A DNA stretch of 49,529 bases, taken from positions 1-49,529 of the forward strand of contig JBIJBE010000024.1 in NCBI GenBank assembly GCA_044345405.1. Reading direction: 5' to 3'. Of the stretch, positions 10,290-18,000 are shown one piece after another (the first letter of the stretch is position 1; every line of letters begins with the position of its first letter). The notes under the pieces were generated by a model. That model saw only the letters and a program-made list of their open reading frames with translations, searched no databases and had not been told where the DNA came from. The translations under genes were made by a program, and so were the position numbers. The DNA comes from Bdellovibrionota bacterium (GTDB lineage: Bacteria; Bdellovibrionota_C; UBA2361; OMII01).

Positions 10290-10517
10290 GACGTAAGACG
10301 TGAGACGTGAGACGTGGACGTGAGACGTGAGACGTGAGACGTGAGACGTGAGACGTGGGACGTGAGACGTGGGACGTGGGACGTGAAACGTGAGACGTGA
10401 GACGTGAGACGTGAGACGTGAGACGTGAGACGTGAGACGTGAGACGTGAGACGTGAGACGTGAGACGTGAGACGTGAGACGTGAGACGTGAGACGTGAGA
10501 CGTGAGACGTGAGACGT
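10290..10517. repeat. Tandem heptamer array (GACGTGA)n, about 32 units with a few GACGTGG and other variants
   Basis: Directly visible intergenic simple-sequence repeat. Confidence 0.97.
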
Positions 10518-10587
10518 TCCCTTAGTGAGTTCGGTGGGTCAAGACCTCTTCATGACTCGGAGCAGAAAGTTAGAAGCCTAGAGCAAC

Positions 10588-11805
10588 CTACTCCGGCAGC
10601 AACCGATACTCAGACCAATCGTTCATCGGAAACTTCTCGAGCGCCCGCGCGATATCCTCGCGTGATATGGAACGCACCTTAGCGATCGTCTCCGAGAGCG
10701 GAGTCGTCGTCTTTCGATAGTTCCACTCCAGACCGAGCGACATAAGGCGCCCCATCGGTAACTCACCATCGAGAACGATGCGGGCCACGATCTTCGCCTT
10801 CGCTCGCTCAAGATCCGCGTCACTAAAATCCAACGGACGGGCCACAATTCCCTTCGCTATCTTCACCACCTCGTCAAGCTTTGAAGGCGAGGTGCTCACG
10901 TACACCATAACGCATCCTGTGCCATCGCGCTCATCGCTGTCGAAGCTGGCGGAATCCGCCAAACCTTTATCGACAAGCTCCCAGTAAATCTTTGAGCCCG
11001 AGGAATCTCCGAGAATATTGGAGAGGATCGAGAACGCGTAGCGCTCCTCATCCTGCGCGCTTGCCCCCTTCGTGAGGAGCACCGCATGTGAGTGGCTAAG
11101 GTTTTTTCGGCGAAACTCCTTGTACACACTCTTGCTCTCATGTCGCGATACATCACGACTCACCTTGAAGTCTGTCCATCCACCACACAACGCGCGCGCG
11201 TCCATCAGGAACTCGTCGACGGAAAAGTTACCAGAGGCGGCCAGCACGATATTCGATGGCGAGTAACGCCGATCGAAATACGCCTTCATCTCGTCCCGTG
11301 TTACCGCCGACACCGACTCGTCGCTTCCGAGGACCGAGTTCCCCGCGGGATGGGCGCCGAAGTAATCCTTGAACGCGTTCTCAAAAAGAAAGAAATGTGG
11401 ACGGTCTCGATAGAGCGCGATCTCCTCTAGGATCACCTTCTTCTCCATCGCGAACTCCTCAGTATCAAGCGCTGGGCGCATCATATCGGAGAGAAGCTCC
11501 TGCATCGCCTTAAATTTCTCCGGGATGACAGTGGCGTAGTAGACCGTATTCTCCTCAGAGGTGAAGGCGTTGGCCTGCGCGCCGAGATTTCCTAACTCAA
11601 GATTAATATCGAGAGCTGAGCGGGTCGGGGTTCCCTTAAACAACATATGCTCAAGGAAATGCGAGACACCGGACTCGCGCGCGGTCTCATCTCGAGCGCC
11701 CGTGCGAACAAAGAATCCGATACCAGCGCTCACGTTAGCGGGATTACTCTCCGCCAAGATCGTCAAGCCGTTAGGAAGAACTTCTTTATGAACTTTAATA
11801 GCCAT
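10588..11805 (-). CDS. M16 family zinc peptidase, catalytic subunit
   Basis: GVSHFLEHMLFKGT (HxxEH), NAFTS.E.T.YY, EKKVILEE. Confidence 0.93.
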   Translation of the reverse strand: MAIKVHKEVLPNGLTILAESNPANVSAGIGFFVRTGARDETARESGVSHFLEHMLFKGTPTRSALDINLELGNLGAQANAFTSEENTVYYATVIPEKFKAMQELLSDMMRPALDTEEFAMEKKVILEEIALYRDRPHFFLFENAFKDYFGAHPAGNSVLGSDESVSAVTRDEMKAYFDRRYSPSNIVLAASGNFSVDEFLMDARALCGGWTDFKVSRDVSRHESKSVYKEFRRKNLSHSHAVLLTKGASAQDEERYAFSILSNILGDSSGSKIYWELVDKGLADSASFDSDERDGTGCVMVYVSTSPSKLDEVVKIAKGIVARPLDFSDADLERAKAKIVARIVLDGELPMGRLMSLGLEWNYRKTTTPLSETIAKVRSISREDIARALEKFPMNDWSEYRLLPE

Positions 11806-11806
11806 C

Positions 11807-13057
11807 TTATCGCCCCTCTCCAGTGAGTCCCGTTGGAACGCTCAACGCGTGTTTTCCAAGCGTCAATATGCTGCACGGTTTAAACGGATACGTCGAAAGG
11901 AACTCGTCGACGCTCGATACCGTAACCTTATCGATCGCGGCGTTAATCTCTGAGAGCGGACGTATCCTCTTAATCAGCCACCAATCCTGAGCGTTTGAAC
12001 CCGCTCGAGCGCCAGGCGACTCCTCTCCCATAATCAGCGATGCCTTGAGGTTCGTCCGGGCTCGTTCGAGCTCGTCCTCGGTCACCGCTCCCTTGAGACC
12101 ATGAAGCTCCTTCAGCAGCACATCAAGGCTCTCCTGCGCTCGCTCTGGCGTAGTGCCCACGTAGGCGGTGATGGTGCCATAATCGATCGTCGAACCGTGT
12201 CGCGCGTACACAGAATAGCAAAGACCTCGCTTCTCACGCACCTCAACGAAGAGGCGGCCGAACATCGAGGCTCCCAGAACGCTCACCGCGAGCTTTCCAT
12301 CGTAGTATCCCTCCTGATTAAATCGGACAGAGGGGGACGCGAACACGATCTGCATCTGCGAGGAGTCCGAGTCGATGTGGAAGTAATCGTTCCGCGGCAT
12401 CGCGCCGAATTGAGGGATCTCAACATCCCCGCCAGCCCAGTCCCCGAAGAGTTTTTCGACCGTTTTAATCACCTCGGTGGCCTTTACCTTACCAGCGATG
12501 GACAGGATAGCTTTTCGTGGGCTAAAGAGCTTTTGCCACAGGGCGCTTACGGTAGAACGGGTCGCTCCCCGAATTCCATCCGCCTCTCCAAGCGACGGGC
12601 GATTGTAGGGCGCTGGATAGTACCGTTTCGAGAGCTCGACCATCGACCGACGGGCCGGGTTGTCGTTCAGGGAATCGATATCCTGCAACAAGACGCTCTG
12701 AATGTTTGGAATCTCCTCCTCATTCAGGTGCGGCTCACGCACCATGTAGGACACGAGCTCCAACGCGCGCGGAAGGGAGTCACTCACCAAAGAACCACTA
12801 AAGGCGTACCGATCGCTTCCGACACCCTCGCCATGCCGAATGCCGAGGTCGTCGAAGGCCTCCGAGAGCTGTCGCGAAGAGAGAGGACCGGCGCCTCTCC
12901 CGATCAGCTCCCCTAAAATAAGACCAGCGCCAACGGTGTCCGCTGGATCGCACACCAGACCTCCCGGTATGAGGAGGTCGTACGACGCCGACTCAACATG
13001 AGGCATCTCCTCGATAATAACAGAAAGGCCATTAGCTAATTGGTGCGTTGTAATCAT
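11807..13057 (-). CDS. M16 family peptidase, non-catalytic partner subunit
   Basis: L.NGL start and RLF.EVREKRGLCYSV, but no HxxEH; adjacent to the catalytic subunit. Confidence 0.9.
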   Translation of the reverse strand: MITTHQLANGLSVIIEEMPHVESASYDLLIPGGLVCDPADTVGAGLILGELIGRGAGPLSSRQLSEAFDDLGIRHGEGVGSDRYAFSGSLVSDSLPRALELVSYMVREPHLNEEEIPNIQSVLLQDIDSLNDNPARRSMVELSKRYYPAPYNRPSLGEADGIRGATRSTVSALWQKLFSPRKAILSIAGKVKATEVIKTVEKLFGDWAGGDVEIPQFGAMPRNDYFHIDSDSSQMQIVFASPSVRFNQEGYYDGKLAVSVLGASMFGRLFVEVREKRGLCYSVYARHGSTIDYGTITAYVGTTPERAQESLDVLLKELHGLKGAVTEDELERARTNLKASLIMGEESPGARAGSNAQDWWLIKRIRPLSEINAAIDKVTVSSVDEFLSTYPFKPCSILTLGKHALSVPTGLTGEGR

Positions 13058-14352
13058 CTCTTATTCGTATCCCCAACTATATCCACCAGCGTCATCTTCC
13101 TTGGCTCGCTCGAACCGGAGAAGCTGCGATACATCCTCTCCAACTCGTCACCGAGAAATAATCCGGTTCGCTTCTTAAACACCGCTTCCTTAATATCCGC
13201 CATAGTAATCGTATCGGGCGCGCGCATCAGGAGGAGAGGCATGTCACGCCCCTCGCCACGCATGATCATGCCGGCCTGCTCGAGCGCGTCAAGACTCGCC
13301 TTGAGAACAACGGAGCTGCACCCAAGCTTCTCAGCGAGTTCAAGTTCATTGGGCACCTCCTCACCCCGTTGGAACGCTCTCACGATCAGGATCAGGGATT
13401 GAACCGCCAGAATCATAGCCCCATCCCCTACCGCCATAAGCGAGCGCTTCCACAAGCTTCCCGATCGGGGAAGATGCTGCGCTTGATAGGACACCTCAGC
13501 CCCGAAGAGCACGATCGTCCACGAGATATACAACCAGAACAGAAATATCGGAACGAAGGCGAACGCGACATACACTCGCTCGTAACTAGCGAATCGAACG
13601 AGATACACGGCGAACCAGTGCTTCGCCGCGCCGAAGAGTAACGCCGCCATAAAGGCGCCAAAGCATGCGGGAACAACCTTAACGGGAGCCTTGGGGACGA
13701 GATAGTAGAGCGCCAAAAACGCCAAGAAGTCGATAAAGATCGGGAGCATCTCCTCGTACGCTCGGTTGATGGCGCCAAGGCCAGCAAAGAAGGTATCGAC
13801 CTTGGTTGATGTGTAGTACCCCGAGATGGCGAAGAAGGGGATGAGAACGATAATGGCGCAAAAAATGGCGAGACGATCCGTGAACGGTCTCGGCTGATAC
13901 ACCTGCCACACCTGGTTCAAGGTGTACTCGATCGAGTTGAGCAACAACACCGATGTTACGACTAGGGTTATCAAAACTAAAAAGTTCAACGAGCGCATGT
14001 TCTCGCTGAAAGCCTGAACGTACGGAAGGATTTTCTGCAATTCCGAAGTGCCCGGAACGAACTGTTTGAAGAGAAACTTCTGCACCTCCGCCATGCGGTC
14101 CGGATCCTGAAGAAAGACCGCGAGAACTCCGAAGCACAGGGCGGTGAGAGGAACCAGTGAAAGCAGCGATGAGTACGCAAGGGATGCCGCGCGAGAAAAC
14201 CCATTATCCCAGTAGAAACGGTCACACGAGGAGATACACACTCGAGTCAGCCAACGAACCTCGCCGAACAACGCCACGACCCGCGAGCGGACAGAGGCGA
14301 TAACGGACATTGAGGGATCAGAGATAGGTGGATTCATCGAAATATCTGCCAT
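13054..14352 (-). CDS. YihY/BrkB family inner-membrane protein with C-terminal winged-helix extension
   Basis: AASLAYSSLLSLVP, IEYTLNQVW, FLFWLYISWTIVLFGAE; C-terminal HTH-like segment. Confidence 0.88.
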   Translation of the reverse strand: MADISMNPPISDPSMSVIASVRSRVVALFGEVRWLTRVCISSCDRFYWDNGFSRAASLAYSSLLSLVPLTALCFGVLAVFLQDPDRMAEVQKFLFKQFVPGTSELQKILPYVQAFSENMRSLNFLVLITLVVTSVLLLNSIEYTLNQVWQVYQPRPFTDRLAIFCAIIVLIPFFAISGYYTSTKVDTFFAGLGAINRAYEEMLPIFIDFLAFLALYYLVPKAPVKVVPACFGAFMAALLFGAAKHWFAVYLVRFASYERVYVAFAFVPIFLFWLYISWTIVLFGAEVSYQAQHLPRSGSLWKRSLMAVGDGAMILAVQSLILIVRAFQRGEEVPNELELAEKLGCSSVVLKASLDALEQAGMIMRGEGRDMPLLLMRAPDTITMADIKEAVFKKRTGLFLGDELERMYRSFSGSSEPRKMTLVDIVGDTNKR

Positions 14353-14555
14353 GAGCCTTACTATCCTAGACTACCCTAGCAAAGCTCAATACACTCACTT
14401 ACGATGCTGACATCCCAGCATTTTTCCCGGTATTCCTTCAAATTCATCGAAGATATCACCAAACATCGTTCCCTTTTTGCGATTTGGGAGTTGTGAGCTC
14501 GACGGGAGCATGCGAAAACCGGGGGCTATTCGCCGTTCTGGAGGTAGGTAAACTC

Positions 14556-14855
14556 ATGGAAATCCGGTGCTCTCACTGTAAAAAATCCTCTCCTATCGAG
14601 CTCGTCAGCGGACGAGCCGTGGTGTCGTTCCGAGCCACCTGCCCCCACTGCTCCTCAGACCTTCACACCTGCCAAAACTGCTCGCTCTTCGATCCAGGGG
14701 CCTACCACGAATGTCGCGAATCGTCGGCGGAGTGGGTCAAAGACAAGGAGCGAGGTAATAAGTGTGAGTACTACACCCCCCAAGGCTCTTCCGGTAACGA
14801 TGCGGGTGACGCCACGAGCAAAGCGAAGTCTGCACTCGACGATCTGTTCAAATAG
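14556..14855 (+). CDS. Small Cys-rich (zinc-ribbon-like) hypothetical protein
   Basis: CxxC x3 plus two more Cys; GGAGGT RBS upstream of ATG 14556. Confidence 0.8.
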   Translation: MEIRCSHCKKSSPIELVSGRAVVSFRATCPHCSSDLHTCQNCSLFDPGAYHECRESSAEWVKDKERGNKCEYYTPQGSSGNDAGDATSKAKSALDDLFK

Positions 14856-14952
14856 GATTCGGACCTCGGACTCGTTGGAAACCTTTTGCGCGTAAAGATA
14901 ACCGCTCCCATCCGAGCTGTTGTTTGGGCACCGCCCGTTACAAGGGGACCCG

Positions 14953-16374
14953 TTAGCTATCTTGAGAAGATGGCTCCGAAAGGACTTCGCCCCGCTCATT
15001 TATCTTAAGCTTATCCATCTTGTACTTGAGGATTCGACGGCTGATGCCGAGCATCTCAGCCGCGCGCACCTGAACGAAATTGGCTCGCCTGAGCGCCTTC
15101 AAGATCATCTCAGTCTCGAACATCCGCTCAGCCTCCTCAAAGGCCAAACCGGAAACGAAGCTTGGTGACGCCGAGGCGGAACCGGCGCCCCGCTCACGCA
15201 CCTTCTTTGGAAGATCGGTCTCGCTAACAACCTCGTTAGGACACAACGCGAGGATACTCTCGACGACGTTACCGAGCTCACGAACGTTTCCTGGCCAGTC
15301 GTACGAGATTAATCTCTCCTTTGCCTCGGGCGTGAACAACAACTCTCGACCGCCATATTGTCGGGAGAGTCGCGCCACGAAATTGTTGATAAGTGGCTCA
15401 ACATCCTCGTGCCGATCCCGGAGAGGCGCTAACGAGAGGTTGATCACATTAATTCGGTAGAAGAGATCCTGCCGAAAGGTCCCCTCACGAACAAGTTGCT
15501 CAAGATCTTTGTTCGTCGCGGTCACGATCCGCACATCAACCCGAATCGGCTTAGAGCGGCCTACTCGGTAGAACTCCTGCTCCTGAAGGAATCGCAGTAA
15601 TTTCACCTGCACGGCGGGACTTAATTCCCCGATCTCATCCAGGAAGAGCGTGCCACCATTCGCCAACTCAAACTGTCCAAGTCTCCGTTCGACCGCGTGA
15701 GTAAAGGCGCCCTTCTCATGCCCAAACAGCTCTGACTCGATCAGCGATTCAGGAATGGAGGCGCAGTTAAGCGCGATGAACGGTCCGTTCCTGCGAGAGC
15801 TTCGCGCGTGAATCTGACGAGCAACGAGCTCCTTGCCCGTGCCCGATTCCCCCGTTATCAGTACCGTGCTGTCACGGGAGGCGATCGTATCGACCTGATT
15901 GAAGAGGTTGATCATCGCGGCTGATTTACCCACCATCGGTCCGAAGTCAGCGTCAACCGTGAGGATGCGGGTCGAGGACACCTCCACCTCCTTCCCTTCG
16001 CGTTGCGTCGCGACCGCGACAGCCAAGACCTCTTTCAGTTCCTTGATATCGAACGGCTTGTTGAGGTAATTGATCGCCCCGTCCTGCATCGCCTGAACTG
16101 CCCCACGCACACTTCCCGCGCCGGTCAACATGATGACGGAGATCTTTGAATCGAGCTCTTTTATCTGTTTCAAAAGGGAGAAACCGTCCCCACCTGGAAG
16201 GAGCACATCGAGCAGCACACCGTCCGGGTGTGGCTCTCGATGCGCGAGGGCGAGCGCCTCCTCGGCGTTCGCAGCGGTATCTACGTGGTACATATCTTTG
16301 AGAAGTAACGTGAGCGATGTACGTACAGACTCTTCATCATCGATGATCAGGATCCGTTTAAGACTACCTTCCAT
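14953..16374 (-). CDS. Sigma-54-dependent response regulator (NtrC/AtoC family: receiver, AAA+, Fis HTH)
   Basis: ILIIDDE receiver, GESGTGKE, ESELFGHEKGAFTHA, GTLFLDEIGE, FRQDLFYRINV, WPGNVREL, AAEMLGISRR. Confidence 0.95.
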   Translation of the reverse strand: MEGSLKRILIIDDEESVRTSLTLLLKDMYHVDTAANAEEALALAHREPHPDGVLLDVLLPGGDGFSLLKQIKELDSKISVIMLTGAGSVRGAVQAMQDGAINYLNKPFDIKELKEVLAVAVATQREGKEVEVSSTRILTVDADFGPMVGKSAAMINLFNQVDTIASRDSTVLITGESGTGKELVARQIHARSSRRNGPFIALNCASIPESLIESELFGHEKGAFTHAVERRLGQFELANGGTLFLDEIGELSPAVQVKLLRFLQEQEFYRVGRSKPIRVDVRIVTATNKDLEQLVREGTFRQDLFYRINVINLSLAPLRDRHEDVEPLINNFVARLSRQYGGRELLFTPEAKERLISYDWPGNVRELGNVVESILALCPNEVVSETDLPKKVRERGAGSASASPSFVSGLAFEEAERMFETEMILKALRRANFVQVRAAEMLGISRRILKYKMDKLKINERGEVLSEPSSQDS

Positions 16375-16646
16375 GCGCTCCCGTTGGTGTTAAGAAATAT
16401 AACCTTTGTGCTGCGTGGACCCATCCACTGAGCGGAATAGGTCCATTCATAGGATGCCAAGGCAACCACGCGAGAATCGCGGTTGGAGCGAAGAACGAGA
16501 AGCGATTAAATATCGATTAGTTCCGGATAGTTAAACAGAGCCACCCAAGGCGGATCACGGGTCGTAGCAAAGAGAGTTTAAACGGGCCAGCTAAATCGCC
16601 TAAGGTAAAATTTTTCGATCAAAGGACCAAGGATCAATGGATCCAA

Positions 16647-16663
16647 CCCCTCCTTCGGAGGGG
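16647..16663 (-). other. 7-bp GC stem with GAA loop (CCCCTCC-GAA-GGAGGGG), embedded in TTTGATC-like repeats; candidate DGR target-recognition hairpin
   Basis: Perfect inverted repeat 33 nt downstream of the stop codon at 16697; no U-tract directly after it. Confidence 0.55.
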
Positions 16664-16696
16664 ATCAAAAAACAAATGGTCAAAGATCAAATTATT

Positions 16697-17464
16697 TTAA
16701 TTCCGGGGGGGACCAAAACGAGCAGCACCAAAACGGTTGCTGCCGACGGGACCCCAGTAGTCGAAGCGAAGGACGTAGATGCGGGCAGCGCACGAACCAA
16801 CCACCGTTCCAGTTTCGGTCGTAAATGCCCACTTCTTCTCGCAACCCTTAGGTTGTCGCCCACCGTCAAGCCTTGCGTAGGCGATAGCGGAGAACCAGTC
16901 CTCGGGAGTTGGAGCTGGCTTATCGGTGGTGACCACATCTCTCTTTGGACTACCCAGAGTTTTGCTATCAATGTGGGATTGAACGACAATCCACTCGGGT
17001 TTTGAAACCTTTTTTTTGTAGTGGTGCTGCTGTGCTACTCCCCCAAAATATACATCTCCCCCAAAATATACATCACGGCGGGCTGCCCGAAGGGCATCAG
17101 CTTTCTCGCTGACCGAAGAGCACTTTAGGACCACACGACCGCCCTTCTCATATGCTTCCTGAATCACAGCATCGGGGATCGTAGGAACGTCCTTGGCTCC
17201 GAGCTGCTTCCAGATCTGCTCGTTATCGTAGAGGCAATCCGCGTCTCGAAGAACGTTCTTCATTTTTGCTATCGAAAGCTTCGGGGCCGCCTTACGCTCG
17301 GGGAGCGTGGCGGAGGCGGTTGCGAGCGCCTCGGGTGATATCGCTGCGAGCTCACCACGTTGAGCGGCCTCCGCTAGCGCCACCAATATCCCCCTCACCG
17401 TAGGGTTAGTTCTCATTACGTCGAGAACGGTCTGCTCATCTTTGGTTGCTGTGACTGGTTCCAC
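16697..17464 (-). CDS. Hypothetical protein; putative DGR target with C-terminal CLec-like variable region
   Basis: GTG start with a purine-rich RBS; C-terminus W.FT...VVGS....(variable)...FGAARF with a long run of NNY codons; downstream hairpin. Confidence 0.6.
   Translation of the reverse strand: MEPVTATKDEQTVLDVMRTNPTVRGILVALAEAAQRGELAAISPEALATASATLPERKAAPKLSIAKMKNVLRDADCLYDNEQIWKQLGAKDVPTIPDAVIQEAYEKGGRVVLKCSSVSEKADALRAARRDVYFGGDVYFGGVAQQHHYKKKVSKPEWIVVQSHIDSKTLGSPKRDVVTTDKPAPTPEDWFSAIAYARLDGGRQPKGCEKKWAFTTETGTVVGSCAARIYVLRFDYWGPVGSNRFGAARFGPPRN
17039..17074. repeat. Perfect 18-bp in-frame tandem duplication (DVYFGG x2)
   Basis: TCCCCCAAAATATACATC at 17039 and 17057. Confidence 0.95.
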
Positions 17465-17465
17465 T

Positions 17466-17618
17466 TTACTCCTCCCCCTCTAATGCCTGAAAGAATCTCC
17501 GTGCGATCGCTTCCTTCTCTTCAACCGTATACTCATCGGTAGAGAGAAGGTAGGCAACCTTGCGCTGAATCTCTGCGATCAGCTCCTCTTTGCTCGGTGT
17601 ATTCTCTGTATCGGTCAT
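17466..17618 (-). CDS. Small (50 aa) helical acidic hypothetical protein
   Basis: MTDTENTPSKEELIAEIQRK...; stop lies 1 nt before the next gene's start; start choice is inferred. Confidence 0.55.
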   Translation of the reverse strand: MTDTENTPSKEELIAEIQRKVAYLLSTDEYTVEEKEAIARRFFQALEGEE

Positions 17619-18000
17619 AGCTTCGTATCCTCTTGTGCGCGACAACGATCCATCGGCACGTGCACCATGGTACCAAAGCGTAGGCGCAAAGCTTGTCATG
17701 GCGGGAAGGCGCCTTGCGCACTTAGGGGAGAGGATGGGTTAAAAGCCCGAATTAACGACACAATGTTACGGGAAGTTTTTTTCGCAGCGGCTCTACTAAA
17801 AGTGGAATTGGCTCGATGGGGAATCAGCTTGCCCGCCCTAGCCAAGCGAAGGCGGGCCCTCAGTCGCCATATCATCGCATATCAAAAACCAACCTCGTCG
17901 AACGCAACCACGTGGCGCGCAGGAATGCGCGCCCGCCGGGATCAAAGGTCGAAATATTTGGGATATTGATTTCATTCGAAATCACTCATCGGAGGGCGAC

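Noticed and set aside
10290-10517. Heptamer array as CRISPR or coding sequence
   Set aside because: No spacers, and no credible start or RBS for an ORF across it
12101-12916. 271-aa plus-strand ORF
   Set aside because: Antisense shadow of the M16 peptidase subunit
16380-18000. Local DGR template repeat or reverse transcriptase
   Set aside because: By eye, no second copy of the variable region and no ORF with an RT (Y/F)xDD-type context; an alignment search is still needed
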